Positions 18,862 through 35,206 of a DNA stretch of 64,000 nucleotides are shown here, piece after piece. The DNA is from Dictyostelium discoideum (taxonomy: Eukaryota). The translations under genes were made by a program, and so were the position numbers. Within the stretch, counting starts at the first letter, position 1, and every line of letters begins with the position of its first letter. The notes under the pieces are model-generated. The model was not told where the DNA came from and made no database searches. It saw nothing but the letters and a program-made list of their open reading frames with translations. The stretch lies in NCBI GenBank assembly GCA_000004695.1, contig CM000151.3:1760001-1824000 (forward strand), in the 5' to 3' direction.

Positions 18862-19983
18862 TTATTCCAAAAGTCGAAGTTTTGAAAGGAAACCCAAGAT
18901 TTCTTCAAAATCATTTAAAATATCCCATTTTTTTTTTACATTATGAATTTCTAATTTAATTTCCAGATATTTTAATGATTTATTTTGTTTTAAAAAGTTT
19001 GAAATGAATTGAATTTCTTGACCATTAAAAATAATACTTGAAAATTTATTTGTATAAAAAAGTGGGGGATCATCGGCTACTACTATTAAACGTTTAATAT
19101 TTGAATTTTCATTACAATGTTGAAGAAATGGTAACAATGAATAAATTTCACAATATAATGATGAGATTGTTGGTATCTTTATTAATGGTGATAATGTTTT
19201 AGATGATGATGATTCCTCGATTTCAATAGTTGGTATTTTAATATACTTGGTTTGAATTTCATCAAATTTTCTAAATTTAAAGCCAGATAAACCCAATGTC
19301 GTTAATGTTTCATTTCCAATTAATGATTCTAATAAATTTGATGAGTCATCTAAAATAAAATCATCTCGGATTGGACAAAAAATTAATAATTCTTTTAATA
19401 TTTTATTTTTTGATAAATTACATTCTTTTAAAAGATTACTAACTAATTCTTCCTTTTTCTCTTTTACTAATTCCATTAATAAATTATTATCGTCATTTGA
19501 TTCATTACAATTTAATAGTTTTTTAATAAAATCAATACCATCATAATTATCATATTCAATTTCATCTTTAAAATTTGGTAATCTTAAATAAAGTGATTTT
19601 AAATTTGTTGATGTTTCATTTGTTTTTTTTATTGCATTTTTAAAAAATAAAGATGGAGTTTGATGATAACCAAATTTAATTTCCTCTATTGTTTCACAAT
19701 TTAATATTTGATTTAAATTTTGAATATGTAATGGAACAGGACCAATTTTTGTTGTTATATAAATACTCTTTGGTTTATATCTATTTAAAAATTCAAATGA
19801 ATATTCAAAAAGTAAATAATTATCTCTGAAACCATAATCATAATATTCATGAGTTGATGAGCATGGATATATTTCTTGATCCCAAAATAATTTAATTTTG
19901 TTAAATTTAAAAAAACCATCACATGTTGGATTCTTACTATATGTATCTGCCAAAACTCTATTAGTGATTATAACATTTTTTAA

Positions 19984-20054
<71 letters not shown>

Positions 20055-20523
20055 CATTATCATTAATTAATATTATTAAATGATTCTTTAAAATATCGAA
20101 TTGATTAAGATTAATACTATTAAATTCACGGTTAAATGTGCAATATAAATTTTCGATTTCTTTGTATTGAATTAATTTATAGTTATATTCGCCTTCATGT
20201 TGATGATTTTTTGTAATACTATTATGATGGTTTTTATTTTGTAGAAATGAAAGTGTTTGAATATTTCTTTTTTTTAAAACTGGTTCTACAATTTCATTTT
20301 TGGTATTTTGATCATTATGAATGAAAGAAATGAAACTATTGATGTTGGGAAAGAATTTTATTAATTGTTGTTGGTAAGTTATTATTTGTTGAACATATTT
20401 AAATATTGATTTATTTATTAAACTAATCTCTAATATTATTTTAAATGGTCTATTATATAATAAATATGGAAGTACATCAATAAAAACTAAACTATTTAAT
20501 TTAATTGTATTAACATTTTTTAA

Positions 20524-20607
<84 letters not shown>

Positions 20608-20622
20608 TTTATTGTTATTCAT
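18862..20622 (-). CDS. Lineage-specific 586-aa protein with N-terminal poly-N, a weak F-box-like motif and an internal duplication of the poly-N-KKLKNV segment
   Basis: Single uninterrupted minus-strand ORF with AAATG start context. LNSLVFIDVLPYLLYNRPFKIILEISLINKSIFKYVQQI resembles the F-box second half (...SK.W/F...). The segments at 20520-20590 and 19975-20060 are near-identical (aat)n+KKLKNV units, i.e. an internal tandem duplication. No recognisable enzymatic domain. Confidence 0.75.
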
Positions 20623-20652
20623 TTAAAAAAAAAAAAAAAAATAGAAAACTTG

Positions 20653-20683
<31 letters not shown>

Positions 20684-21048
20684 AAAATAAAAAAAAAAAA
20701 AATAGAAATAAAAAAAAAATAAAAAATAAAAAAAAAAATAAAAAAAATAAAAAAACCAAATAAGGACGAAAGGATTGAAATATAAAAAAGTAAAAAATGA
20801 AACTTACCAAAATTTTGAATTGGTTGTCAAAAAAAAAAAAAAAATATTATTTTTTATTTTTTTTTAACTTTCATGCAATCTAGATAAAAAAAATTTTTAT
20901 TTATTTTTATTTATTTTGAATTAAATAGATTACAAATTAATTAATCCCATCAAATCTTTAAAAAAAAAAATGGTTTAAAAAAACTTGGGTTGGTTAATTA
21001 TTATTTGAAAATTTTAAAACCCAAATTAAAAAAAAAAAATGGGATTCA

Positions 21049-21058
<10 letters not shown>

Positions 21059-21110
<52 letters not shown>
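21059..21110 (+). promoter_or_regulatory. 52-nt oligo(dT) tract about 80 bp upstream of the actin start codon
   Basis: Direct reading of an uninterrupted T52. From memory, oligo(dT) stretches are functional elements of Dictyostelium actin promoters (e.g. actin 15). Confidence 0.4.
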
Positions 21111-21181
21111 CAGATTGCATAAAAAGATTTTTTTTTTTTTTTTTTTCTTATTTCTTAAAACAAATAAATTAAATTAAATAA

Positions 21182-22321
<1,140 letters not shown>

Positions 22322-23065
22322 ATCATGATGAAAGTGCTTCACATAAAAATAATAATAATAATATAACAATAATAATATTTAAATGTATAATAAAATTTAA
22401 TTACTTTTTTTTTAATGGTTGTTGATCTTTATCCGACCTTAAAAAAAAAAAAATAAAACCAATAGCTATTGTTTTTTTTTTTAATTGTTTTTTTATTTTT
22501 TATTATTACTTTAATTATCATTTTTTAAATTACAAAAAAAATTAAAAATCCAGATATTAAGGTATTTGCACTAGTGCTTTAACGTTAAAATTTGAAAAAA
22601 AAAAAAAATTAATAATTTTACCCTTTATGGGTAAACGATTCTCACATATAATACAATCTCCATGAAAAGGATATCTCCAAATCAACTTCATCCAAATTAT
22701 TTAGAATTTGAATTTATAATTGTTCTGTTATGAATGATTTAAAATCAAATGACCAACAGTTGAATGATATTACAAATCAAATAAATAATTTTCAATCAAA
22801 AATGTAAATAAAAATACGCACATGCATCAAATTATTCAGATCTCAAAAAATAAAAATAAAAAAACATATAACTAAATTAATTAGAATTTGTTTTAAAAAA
22901 AATATTTATTTTGAGAAATGAAAAATTCCTTATTTTAATTTTTTTATTTTTTCATTTTTTTTTTTTTAAAAAAATGGTTGTGCCAAAAAAAAAAAAAAAA
23001 AACTCTGTGGGTGGACTAAAATAAAAAAACCACCACATTTTTTTTTTTCAGATAAAGAAATAATT

Positions 23066-24688
23066 ATGGACAGTGAAGAACACATAAATAAAAAACTAAA
23101 GATAGATGATATCAAAGAAGAAAACAATAATAATAAAAAATTACAAAATTATATTTGTAAAAATATTGTAGAATTATTAATTAATTATTTATTAAAAAGT
23201 AAAAAAAAGAGATCAAATTCAAATAATAATAGTTTTGAAAGATTTGAAAAAAAACAATTCATATTATATTTGGATGAAATTATTACTCTTTCTTTAGTAT
23301 CAAAAAAATGGTTTAAAATAATATCAGATTTTATTTCAAATGGTATAATTGAACAGAAAATAATTGATTATTGGTTCAGTGATGAGGGAGATGATGCAAC
23401 AACACTACACAGAGGCGAAGATGCAACAACACTACACAGAGGCGAAGATGCAATGAAATCAAATAAATATTATTCATTAATAAAAATAGATGCAACCACA
23501 ATTGATGATTTTTTCAGTTCTAAATATTATTATATTGAAAACTTTCAAGGAGCTAAATTTAATCCAGTAACAACAACCGATGATGAACCAAAGAAATTCA
23601 TTAATAATAATAATAAGACCTTTAAAAGGATTAAAAACGATGATGAACCAAATAAATTCATTAATAATAATAATAAGACCTTTAAAAGGATTGAAAACGA
23701 TGAAATAAAAATATTATTGCAAATAACAGATAGACTTAATGAGAGTGTAAAAGTTGATTTACTTTATCAATCAATCGATGAAGAGTATTTAATACCAATT
23801 GAAAAAAATGATAATATTATTGTGGAAAATTTAAAATTGGAAGGAGTTGATACGGAATATTCCTCAACATTATCAAATATTTTTAATTTTCAACCAAAAC
23901 ATATAAAATATAATCCAAATGGTGTTTATTGTCAAGATTCATATTTCCATATGGATTATTTAGAATTATTCAATCCAGATAATTTGGAAATTTCTGCTTC
24001 TCCCACTTTGCCACTATCAACCAATAGAACCGAATCTATTAAAATTAATACAACAGATCATGTTGAACCATTTCATTTACATAATTTAGAATCATTTCCA
24101 AATTTAAACTCATAATCAATTCCAATGTTACTTCATGATTTGTTCATTTGTGCCAATAAAGAGGATGCAAATGTATCAGAGAATGGATGTAATTATCATA
24201 ATGATGGATTAACGAAAACTTCAAATATAAAACAAGATTGGGATAAAATGATTTATTCATTAATAAATTGTAAATCATTAAATAATTTAAGTATTTTAAA
24301 TTTTTGTTCATATGGTTTTGATTGTATTGAAAAAATTAATAATTTGATTACTAATGATGATGATGATGAACCACTCTCAAATGGACTACAAAAATTATTA
24401 TCTTGTAAAAATTTTCAATATTTAAAATTAATAGGATTTGATTTTATTAAAGATATTAATAAAGTATTTTCATCATTGGTAAACAGTAATAATGGTTCTT
24501 CAATTAAAACATTAATATTAGAATGTTCTCTACATAAAAAATCATTTGAATATTGTCATGAACTTTCAAATTGTTTATTATCCAATATTTATAATTTAAA
24601 TTTAACATATCTAAAAATTAATTTTGTATTTTCAAATGATGAACATGGTTTAAAAATTTTATCATTTATTTTTGATACTTTAATTCAA

Positions 24689-24719
<31 letters not shown>

Positions 24720-25018
24720 GACAACAATTAAAAGAAAGAAATGAAGAATATGGAAATATCTTTACATTTAATGATAGTAGATTACATCATATTGAATTCA
24801 GTATGTATCTTGAACACTTTGATACTGTTTTTGGTAAAATTAAATCTTTATCAAATGATCAATCAAAAATACCAAATTCATATCCAATTGTAAAAGAAAT
24901 TCATATGTGCATTTTGATGACAGATAAAAAAGAAAAGGTTTTATTAAAAAAAAGAATACAAGACGAATATTATATGTCAAATTTAAATGATCATAGAACT
25001 ATAATCAATATTTTGTAA
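23066..25018 (+). pseudogene. F-box-like paralog A of the 26396..28252 gene, interrupted by an in-frame TAA at 24116-24118 and carrying two internal in-frame tandem duplications (27 bp and 60 bp)
   Basis: ORFs 23066..24115 and 24125..25018 are in the same frame. They are separated only by a TAA where paralog B has TTA (...NLNS*SIPMLLHDLF vs ...NLNSLSIPMLLHDLF). Duplicated units: gatgcaacaacactacacagaggcgaa x2 at about 23391-23444, and a 60-bp unit (DDEP.KFINNNNKTFKRI.N) x2 at about 23575-23700. Both are single copy in paralog B. This could be a true pseudogene/allele or a base-call error. Confidence 0.45.
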
Positions 25019-25179
25019 ATATCCAAAAAAAAAAAAAAAAAAAAAAAAACCATATCCAATTTTCCAATATTATAATATTTAATAATAAAATTAAAATAAC
25101 AATTATTTTTTATTATTTTTTTTGTTTGTTTTTTTTATTTTTTTTAATTACTTTAATTATCATTTTTTAAATTACTAAT

Positions 25180-25214
25180 TGACTTTTAACACAAAAAATA
25201 AAAAAATTTTTCAC
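25180..25214 (+). repeat. Left terminal inverted repeat of the piggyBac-like relic
   Basis: See mobile_element 25180..26216. Confidence 0.6.
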
Positions 25215-26181
25215 ATTTTTTTACACCTTAAAAAATTAAAAAAAAAATTAATAAAAATTCAGATATTTATTTTCGAAAACAAATATTAAAATGAAAGTGT
25301 GTATTTTTTTTTTTCTATTATTTTTATTGAACATTTAACCATTCTATAAATAAAATGACAAAAAAATCAGAAAAAATAAACAAAGAAAGTAATGTTCAAA
25401 AACAATAATTACAAAGGCCCAAATTGATCAAAAAATGATGGATCACAATAGATATTCAGCAGTACATAATGTTTTGGATATGAAAAGTCATAGATTTGAA
25501 GAATATTGTGAATTGTTTATGAACAGTGCATTGAAATATATTAATATTGGTAACGTTCTGAATTGTGATGAAACAATATACGCATATTATGGGAGAGATG
25601 CTACTAAAGATCATATATTGATAAATAATGATAGTAGACCCCATTCAGTCGGAATTGAAGCATATAGTCTAACAACCAAATTGAATATTAGTAATTGTCC
25701 ATATGTAATTAGTTATGGTCCAAGAACAATAGAAAACTGTAAATCTCCTTTCAATTCATTAAAAACCCTTTTTGGATAATTTACATTCAAAATATAATTG
25801 GGAGGATTCAAGGAATAACTTAATCGTATGTTGCGATAGTGCCTTTGCATTAGTAAATAATAAAGAATGTTTAGATAAATTGAAATGTCGTATTTTATCC
25901 TCAACAAGGAAGAGTGGCGTGACTATTCCTCAAGAAATTAAAAGATTCGTCAAACCTTTATTAACCATACATAAAACATTCCTTTTTTATGATGAAAGCA
26001 CAGGACTATTGTACGAGTATACCAAAAATACCGATGGTCATATCAATTGCATTGCAACAAATCTATATTCAAGATTCAAACCCATATGTGGAAATTAATA
26101 ATAATCTAAATATAGAACAATTTGCAACTATTGGAAATTTATTTCGTTTTTCAAAAAAAGAATTAGAACTAATTTTTGTTG

Positions 26182-26216
26182 GTGAAAATTTTTTTTATTT
26201 TTTGTGTTAAAAGTCA
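26182..26216 (-). repeat. Right terminal inverted repeat of the piggyBac-like relic
   Basis: See mobile_element 25180..26216; one A/T difference from the left copy. Confidence 0.6.
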
Positions 26217-26395
26217 GCGAAAAAAATTATAAACCCAGATTTTTAAATTAATTTTTATTTACAAAAAAAAAATTTTTTTTGAAAATTGCACCTCTTTATT
26301 GAAAAAAAAAAAAAAAATAATTGATATTTTTTTTTTTTTTTTTTTTTATGTTGGTAAAATAAAAAAACCACCTTTTTTCAGATAAAGAAATAACT

Positions 26396-28252
26396 ATGGA
26401 CAGTGAAGAACACATAAATAAAAAACTAAAGATAGATGATATGAAAGAAGAATACAATATTAATAATAATAATAAAAAATTACAAAATTATATTTGTAAA
26501 AATATTGTAGAATTATTAATTAATTATTTATTAAAAAGTAAAAAAAAGAGATCAAATTCAAATAACAATAGTTTTGCAAGATTTGAAAAAAAACAATTCA
26601 TATTATATTTGGATGAAATTATTACTCTTTCTTTAGTATCAAAAAAATGGTTTAAAATAATATCAGATTTTATTTCAAATGGTATAATTGAACAGAAAAT
26701 AATTGATTATTGGTTCAGTGATGAGGGTGATGATGTAATAATACTACACAGAGGCGAAGATACAATGAAATCAAATGAATATTCATTAATAAAAATAGAT
26801 GCAACCACAATTGATGATTTTTTCAGTTCTAAATATTATTATATTGAAAGCTTTAAAGGAACTAAATTTAATCCAGTAAAAACAACTGATGATGAACCAA
26901 TTAAATTCATTAATAATAATAAAACCTTTAAAAGGATTGAAAACAATGAAATAAAAATATTATTGCAAATAACAGATAAACTTAATGAGAGTGTAAAAGT
27001 TGATTTATTTCGTCAATCAATTGATGAAGATTTATTAATACCAATTAAAGAAAATGATAATATTATTGTGGAAAATTTAGAATTGGAAGGAATTAATATG
27101 GAATATTCATTATCAAACATTTTTAATTTTCAACCAAAACATATAAAATATGATCCAAATGGTCCTTATTGTCAAGATTCATATTACCATATGGATTATT
27201 CACAATTATTCAATCCAAATAATTTGGAAATTTCTACTCCTCCCACTTTGCCACTATCAACCAATAGAACCGAATCTATTAAAATTGATATATCAGATCA
27301 TGTTGAACCATCTCATTTACATAATTTAGAAGAATCATTTCCAAATTTAAACTCATTATCAATTCCAATGTTACTTCATGATTTATTCATTTGTGCCAAT
27401 GATAAGATTGCAAATCTATCAGAGAATGGATGTGATTATCATTATGGTGAATTAGAGAAAACTTCAAATATAAAACAAGATTGGGATAAAATGATTTATT
27501 CATTAACAAATTGTAAATCATTAAATAATTTAAGTATTTCAAATTTTTGTTCATATGGTTTTGATTGTATTGAAAATAATAATAATAATTTTATTACCAA
27601 TGATGAACCACTCTCAAATGGACTACAAAAATTATTATCTTGTAAAAATATTCAATATTTAAAATTAATAGGATTTGATTTTATTAAAGATATTAATAAA
27701 GTATTTTCATCATTGGTAAACAATTGTAATAATGGTTCTTCAATTAAAACACTAATATTACAATGTGATTGTTCTCACTATAAAAAATCATTTGAATATT
27801 GTCATGAAATTTCAAATTGTTTATTATCCAATATTTATAATTTAAATTTAACATATCTAAAAATTAATTTTGTATTTTCTAATGATGAACATGGTTTAAA
27901 AATTTTATCATTTATTTTTGATACTTTAATTCAAAAACAACAACAACAACAACGACAACAATTAAAAGAAAGAAATGATGAAAATGAAAACATCTTTACA
28001 TTTAATGATAGTAGATTAAATCATATTGAATTCAGCTTGCATCTTAAACACTTTGATACCATTTTTGGTAAAATTAAATCTTTATCAAATGATCAATCAA
28101 AAATACCAAATTCATATCCAATTGTAAAAGAAATTCATATGTGCATTTCGATGACAGATAAAAAAGAAAAAGTTTTATTAAAAAAAAGAATACAAGACGA
28201 ATATTATATGTCAAATTTAAATGATCATAGAACTATAATCAATATTTTGTAA
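26396..28252 (+). CDS. F-box-like lineage-specific protein, 618 aa (intact paralog B)
   Basis: Single ORF whose 5' leader (ttttttcagataaagaaataa[t/c]tATGgacagtgaagaacac) and 3' flank are conserved with the copy at 23066. ...QFILYLDEIITLSLVSKKWFKIISDF matches the F-box C-terminal half (LSLVSKKWFKII). No other known domain recognised. Confidence 0.8.
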   Translation: MDSEEHINKKLKIDDMKEEYNINNNNKKLQNYICKNIVELLINYLLKSKKKRSNSNNNSFARFEKKQFILYLDEIITLSLVSKKWFKIISDFISNGIIEQKIIDYWFSDEGDDVIILHRGEDTMKSNEYSLIKIDATTIDDFFSSKYYYIESFKGTKFNPVKTTDDEPIKFINNNKTFKRIENNEIKILLQITDKLNESVKVDLFRQSIDEDLLIPIKENDNIIVENLELEGINMEYSLSNIFNFQPKHIKYDPNGPYCQDSYYHMDYSQLFNPNNLEISTPPTLPLSTNRTESIKIDISDHVEPSHLHNLEESFPNLNSLSIPMLLHDLFICANDKIANLSENGCDYHYGELEKTSNIKQDWDKMIYSLTNCKSLNNLSISNFCSYGFDCIENNNNNFITNDEPLSNGLQKLLSCKNIQYLKLIGFDFIKDINKVFSSLVNNCNNGSSIKTLILQCDCSHYKKSFEYCHEISNCLLSNIYNLNLTYLKINFVFSNDEHGLKILSFIFDTLIQKQQQQQRQQLKERNDENENIFTFNDSRLNHIEFSLHLKHFDTIFGKIKSLSNDQSKIPNSYPIVKEIHMCISMTDKKEKVLLKKRIQDEYYMSNLNDHRTIINIL

Positions 28253-28258
28253 ATATCC

Positions 28259-28289
<31 letters not shown>

Positions 28290-28556
28290 ACATATCAAAT
28301 TTTCCAATAATAAAATAACAATTGTTTTTTATATATATAAACTACATTAAATCTTTTTTTTTTTTTTTATTATTATTTTTTCTTATAAATATTTCTTTTT
28401 TTTTTTTTTTTCTTTCTTTTTTTTTATGTTTTTTTTTTTTTTTTTTTTTTTATCCTTGTTCGTTTTGTAAGTATTTCTAAAAAAAAAAAAAAAAATCTAA
28501 ATGAAGTCGATTGTGTTTTTTTTTTTATTTTTTCATTTAGATTTAAAATTGTAATA

Positions 28557-28832
28557 TTAATGATTAATAGATTTTACATCATTTAATAGATAATTTAAGA
28601 TATCACTTAATGATAAAATTCCTTCAACCTTTTTACTAGAATCAATACAAACTAAACGATGAACTCTTTTCTTTATACATCTTTCAATTACATCACCCAA
28701 TTTATCAAATCTAGTGCAAGTATAAATTTGTTCAGGTCTTTGCCACAGTTTTGTAAATGTTGATAAAACTTGATGAACTGGTAAATTTAAATCTGATGGT
28801 GATAATATACCTTGTTTTGACATTAACTAAAA

Positions 28833-28908
<76 letters not shown>

Positions 28909-30562
28909 TATAATGGTTAATAAAAGATCTTTTATTTTTTTTTTTTTTTTAAAAAAATATATTAAACTCACAGTAACATCACTCTTTGAATAAACATCAA
29001 CAATTTTTGAAGTTTCACTATCAATAATTGGTACAGCAGATATTTTTTTTTCTGATAATAATTCTAAAACTTCAACCAATGGTGTATGAGTCATAACTGT
29101 TACAACGGTAGCAAATGTACCAATTCCTAATGATCCAATAGGTATTGATAATAATTTTTCTGGTAATTGTGGGAACTATTATTATTATTATTGGTATTAA
29201 ATTATTATTATTATTGTTATTGTTGATACCAATAGGTTAATATATTGATACATACAAATATAGATATTAATATATAAAGAAATATTTATACTAGTATCTT
29301 ACACTTTTCATCATAAATGCTAAAATTCTTGAATGAGTTAAAATATGTAAAATTGAATTTGTATCTTTTTTATCTACAACTGGTAATCTGTGAATTTTAT
29401 AACAAAGTAATAATGAAGCTGCATCGTATAGGTTAGTTTCAGGTTCAGTTGAAATCAATGAGGAAGGACGTTCAACAGAGATTTCTCTCCAAAAAGTCTC
29501 GATTCTATGTATACCCATATCTTGAAATATATTATTTGATTTTGGTTTTTTATAATAGTAAAGTAAGATATCTATGAAATCCGACACAGTGATCATACCT
29601 GTGAAATCATGTTGTTCCGAATTCCAAAGTGGTGCTGATTTAATGCCATTCTCTTCCAATGCATAGAATGCCGATTTCACTGCCAACTTTGTATCCAATA
29701 CCACAACCTTACCACTAATTGGTATAACATCATAACATGTATGTCCTTTTAAAAAGTTTACAAATACCTGTTTACCCTCTTCAATGTATTTCTCAGTTTC
29801 ACTATCAATTTTCTTAATACCAGATTTTAAATTTAAATTCTCTAAACCTTCTGATACTGTTGATATTGAACTATGGTTAATATAATTATTATTACTATTA
29901 CTATTATTATTATTATTTGAAGATAAAGATGATAATGATGGTGTTGTAGTTGTGGATGTGGATGTAGTTGTAGTTGTTGTTGATTTTGATGGTGAAGATG
30001 AAATTGTTTGCTTTAATGGGTTTTCATTATTATTATTATTAGTATTAGTACTACTCTTATTGTCAGTTGAAGGTAAACTTGTAATATCTTTAAAGAACAT
30101 ATTATTATTATTTAAAATCTGATTATCACCATTTGGAGGTGATTGTGATTCTTTATTGCCTTTTTCACCATCAACAGCTAATGGATCTACAGTTAATACA
30201 CCATCTTGACTAGATGATATAAATGAAGGAGATGGTTGTTCTATAGAATTTGGTGGTAATCTAATATCAAATCCATTAGATGTTGATAATATTCTTTCAT
30301 TATTATTATTACTATTATTCATTGTTGTTGTATTTGTATTTGTTGTTGTTGTTGTATTTGTTGGTGTATTATTATTAGTAGTATTATTATTATATTCACT
30401 TAATTCTCCACCACCAACTCCTTCAGATTGTTCTATTGGTAATTGATTTAAAGATGCTTGTCTTAGTTTTTCAGTTTTAATTTTAATTTCTTGGGTTTCT
30501 TTTTTCTCTATATTTTCAATTATTGAAGTGAATTCTTCATCTTCATCCCCAGGATACCACAT
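28557..30562 (-). CDS. prkag: 5'-AMP-activated protein kinase gamma subunit (four CBS motifs), 577 aa, 3 exons: 30562..29303, 29175..28972, 28826..28557
   Basis: Exon 1 (ORF 29291..30562) contains FLKGHTCYDVIPISGKVVVLDTKLAVKSAFYALEENGIKSAPLWNSEQHDFTGMITVSDFIDILLYYY...IHRLPVVD, strongly similar to AMPK-gamma CBS pairs. Donor GTAAGA at 29302, intron 127 bp, acceptor AG 29177..29176. Exon 2 is FPQLPEKLLSIPIGSLGIGTFATVVTVMTHTPLVEVLELLSEKKISAVPIIDSETSKIVDVYSKSDVT with donor GTGAGT at 28971. The 145-bp intron contains an (ATT)n tract. Exon 3 (ORF 28557..28823) continues LMSKQG...RVHRLVCIDSSKKVEGILSLSDILNYL. All junctions are phase 0. The 577-aa length matches my memory of Dictyostelium prkag. Confidence 0.9.
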
Positions 30563-30712
30563 TAAAAAAAAATTTTATTTATTTACTAAGTTAATATTAA
30601 TTTTAATTTATTTACAAAAAAAAAAAAAAAAAAAAAAGTGTTTTATATTAATTATTTTTTTATGTATATCGTATATATAAATATATTTATAAATTCTATA
30701 TATTTATCTAAT

Positions 30713-30747
<35 letters not shown>

Positions 30748-31093
30748 TTTCTAATATCTAAAAAGGGTGTGAATTATTTTTATTATTATTATTACTAAAT
30801 TATGTACAAAAGAATGAAAAAAAGATAAGCTTTGTGTGTGAAGAAAACAAAAAAAAAAAAAAAATTAAAAAAAAAAAAAATTGAAATTAAAAAAAAAAAA
30901 AAAAAAAAAAAATAAAATAAAATAAAAAAAAAAAAAAAAAAAACAATTAAAATTGATATTTATTTTTTCATTCTTTGAGATTTACTTACTTATTTACTTT
31001 ATTTTATTTTTTTTAAAAGTTGCCTTTGATAAATTATTAAATAAGTGTTGTTTAAAAAATGATGTGACCATTTTTTTTTTTTATTTTTTGAGA

Positions 31094-31125
<32 letters not shown>

Positions 31126-31479
31126 CGCCTAAAATCCAACTTTTTTAAAATTTACCAGGAAAATATTTTTTTAATTTTGGAATTTAACCAGATATCATTG
31201 CTAAAATTAACTCTTTGATTTTTCTTGAGATATTTTTTTTTGTTTTTTTTTTTTAATTTGGATTTAAAAAAAAAAGGGATATTTTCCATAAAAAAGAGTA
31301 AAAATAAAAATAAAAAAAAAGATAAATAGTTTTTCAAAATAAAGAGAGAGAATAATTTACATTTATTTTTATTTTTTTTTATTTTTTTTTATTCTTTTTT
31401 TTTTTTTTTATTTGTTTTATTTTTTTTTGAGAAATATTAATGGTGAAAGAATGATGTGATGTGTATTATTGTTTATTAT

Positions 31480-31489
31480 TTATTTATTA

Positions 31490-31584
<95 letters not shown>

Positions 31585-31600
31585 TAATTATTATTACTAT
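31480..31600. repeat. (ATT)n microsatellite, about 40 units, non-coding
   Basis: Direct reading; the ORFs at 31461..31663 are artefacts of it. Confidence 0.9.
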
Positions 31601-31639
31601 AGCTTTATTTATTTATTATTACTATGGTTTTTTATTTAT

Positions 31640-34521
<2,882 letters not shown>

Positions 34522-35175
34522 TTTTTATTTTTTTATTTTTTTGTTTTTTTTTTATTTTTTTTATGAAGTAATTTATATGATGATTTATGTGCGTGATTTA
34601 TTTGTTATGTATAAAATTGATATTGGGGAAAATAAATAAATAAATAAATAAATAATATTATAATAATGTGATATTTTTGTGGTTTATTTTTTAAAGAAAA
34701 AAAAAATTTTATTTTTTATTTAAAATATAAATATATTTAGTTTTTTTTTATTTTATTTTTTATTTTTTTTATTTTTTAATTGTGTGTATGTGTGTTTGTG
34801 TTTGTGTGATTATATGGCAGTTTATAAAATTTTGATTTTTTAGTTTTGGGGTAAAAAAAAAAAAAAAAAATTTATTGTGTATTACATATATATAAAAAAA
34901 AAAAAAAAATAATAAAAAAAAAAAATAAAAAAAAAGAAAGAAATGGAATGTGTGTGTTGTTTTGTTTGGGTCAATCAAAAAAAAAAAAATTGATTGAAAA
35001 AAAATAAAAAATTAAAAAAAATAAATTTTTAATAAAAAAAAAAAAAAACGAATTTTTTGGTTTAACTTTTTATTTTTTTATTATTTTTTTTTTTTTTTTT
35101 TTTTTAATCAAATTTTATATTTGTTTGTCTTTAATTAATTAATTGTTTTTTATTTTTTAAAAAAATTTTTTGGTC

Positions 35176-35206
<31 letters not shown>

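Larger units (their letters stand above)
25180..26216. mobile_element. Internally deleted piggyBac-like (DDE_Tnp_1_7-type) DNA transposon relic, about 1.04 kb, with 35-bp terminal inverted repeats
   Basis: Left end 25180-25214 TGACTTTTAACACAAAAAATAAAAAAATTTTTCAC. The reverse complement of 26182-26216 is TGACTTTTAACACAAAAAATAAAAAAAATTTTCAC (34/35 identical). Inside, ORFs 25435..25779 and 25772..26098 (adjacent frames) carry piggyBac catalytic-core motifs: CDETIYAYYGRDA ~ DEsm.pfkGR; SRPHSVGIEAY ~ KPhKyGiKlf; CCDSAFALVNNKECLDKLKCRILSSTRKSGVTIPQEIK ~ DNfYTSipLakeLlk..i..GTlRkNRkgiPke.k. The spacing between the first and second catalytic Asp regions (about 90 aa) fits piggyBac. N- and C-terminal transposase parts (including the third Asp) are absent. 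Confidence 0.6.

Noticed and set aside
23066-24115. Calling 23066..24115 and 24125..25018 two separate genes
   Set aside because: They are in the same frame, separated by a single TAA where the intact paralog has TTA. Together they are colinear with paralog B.
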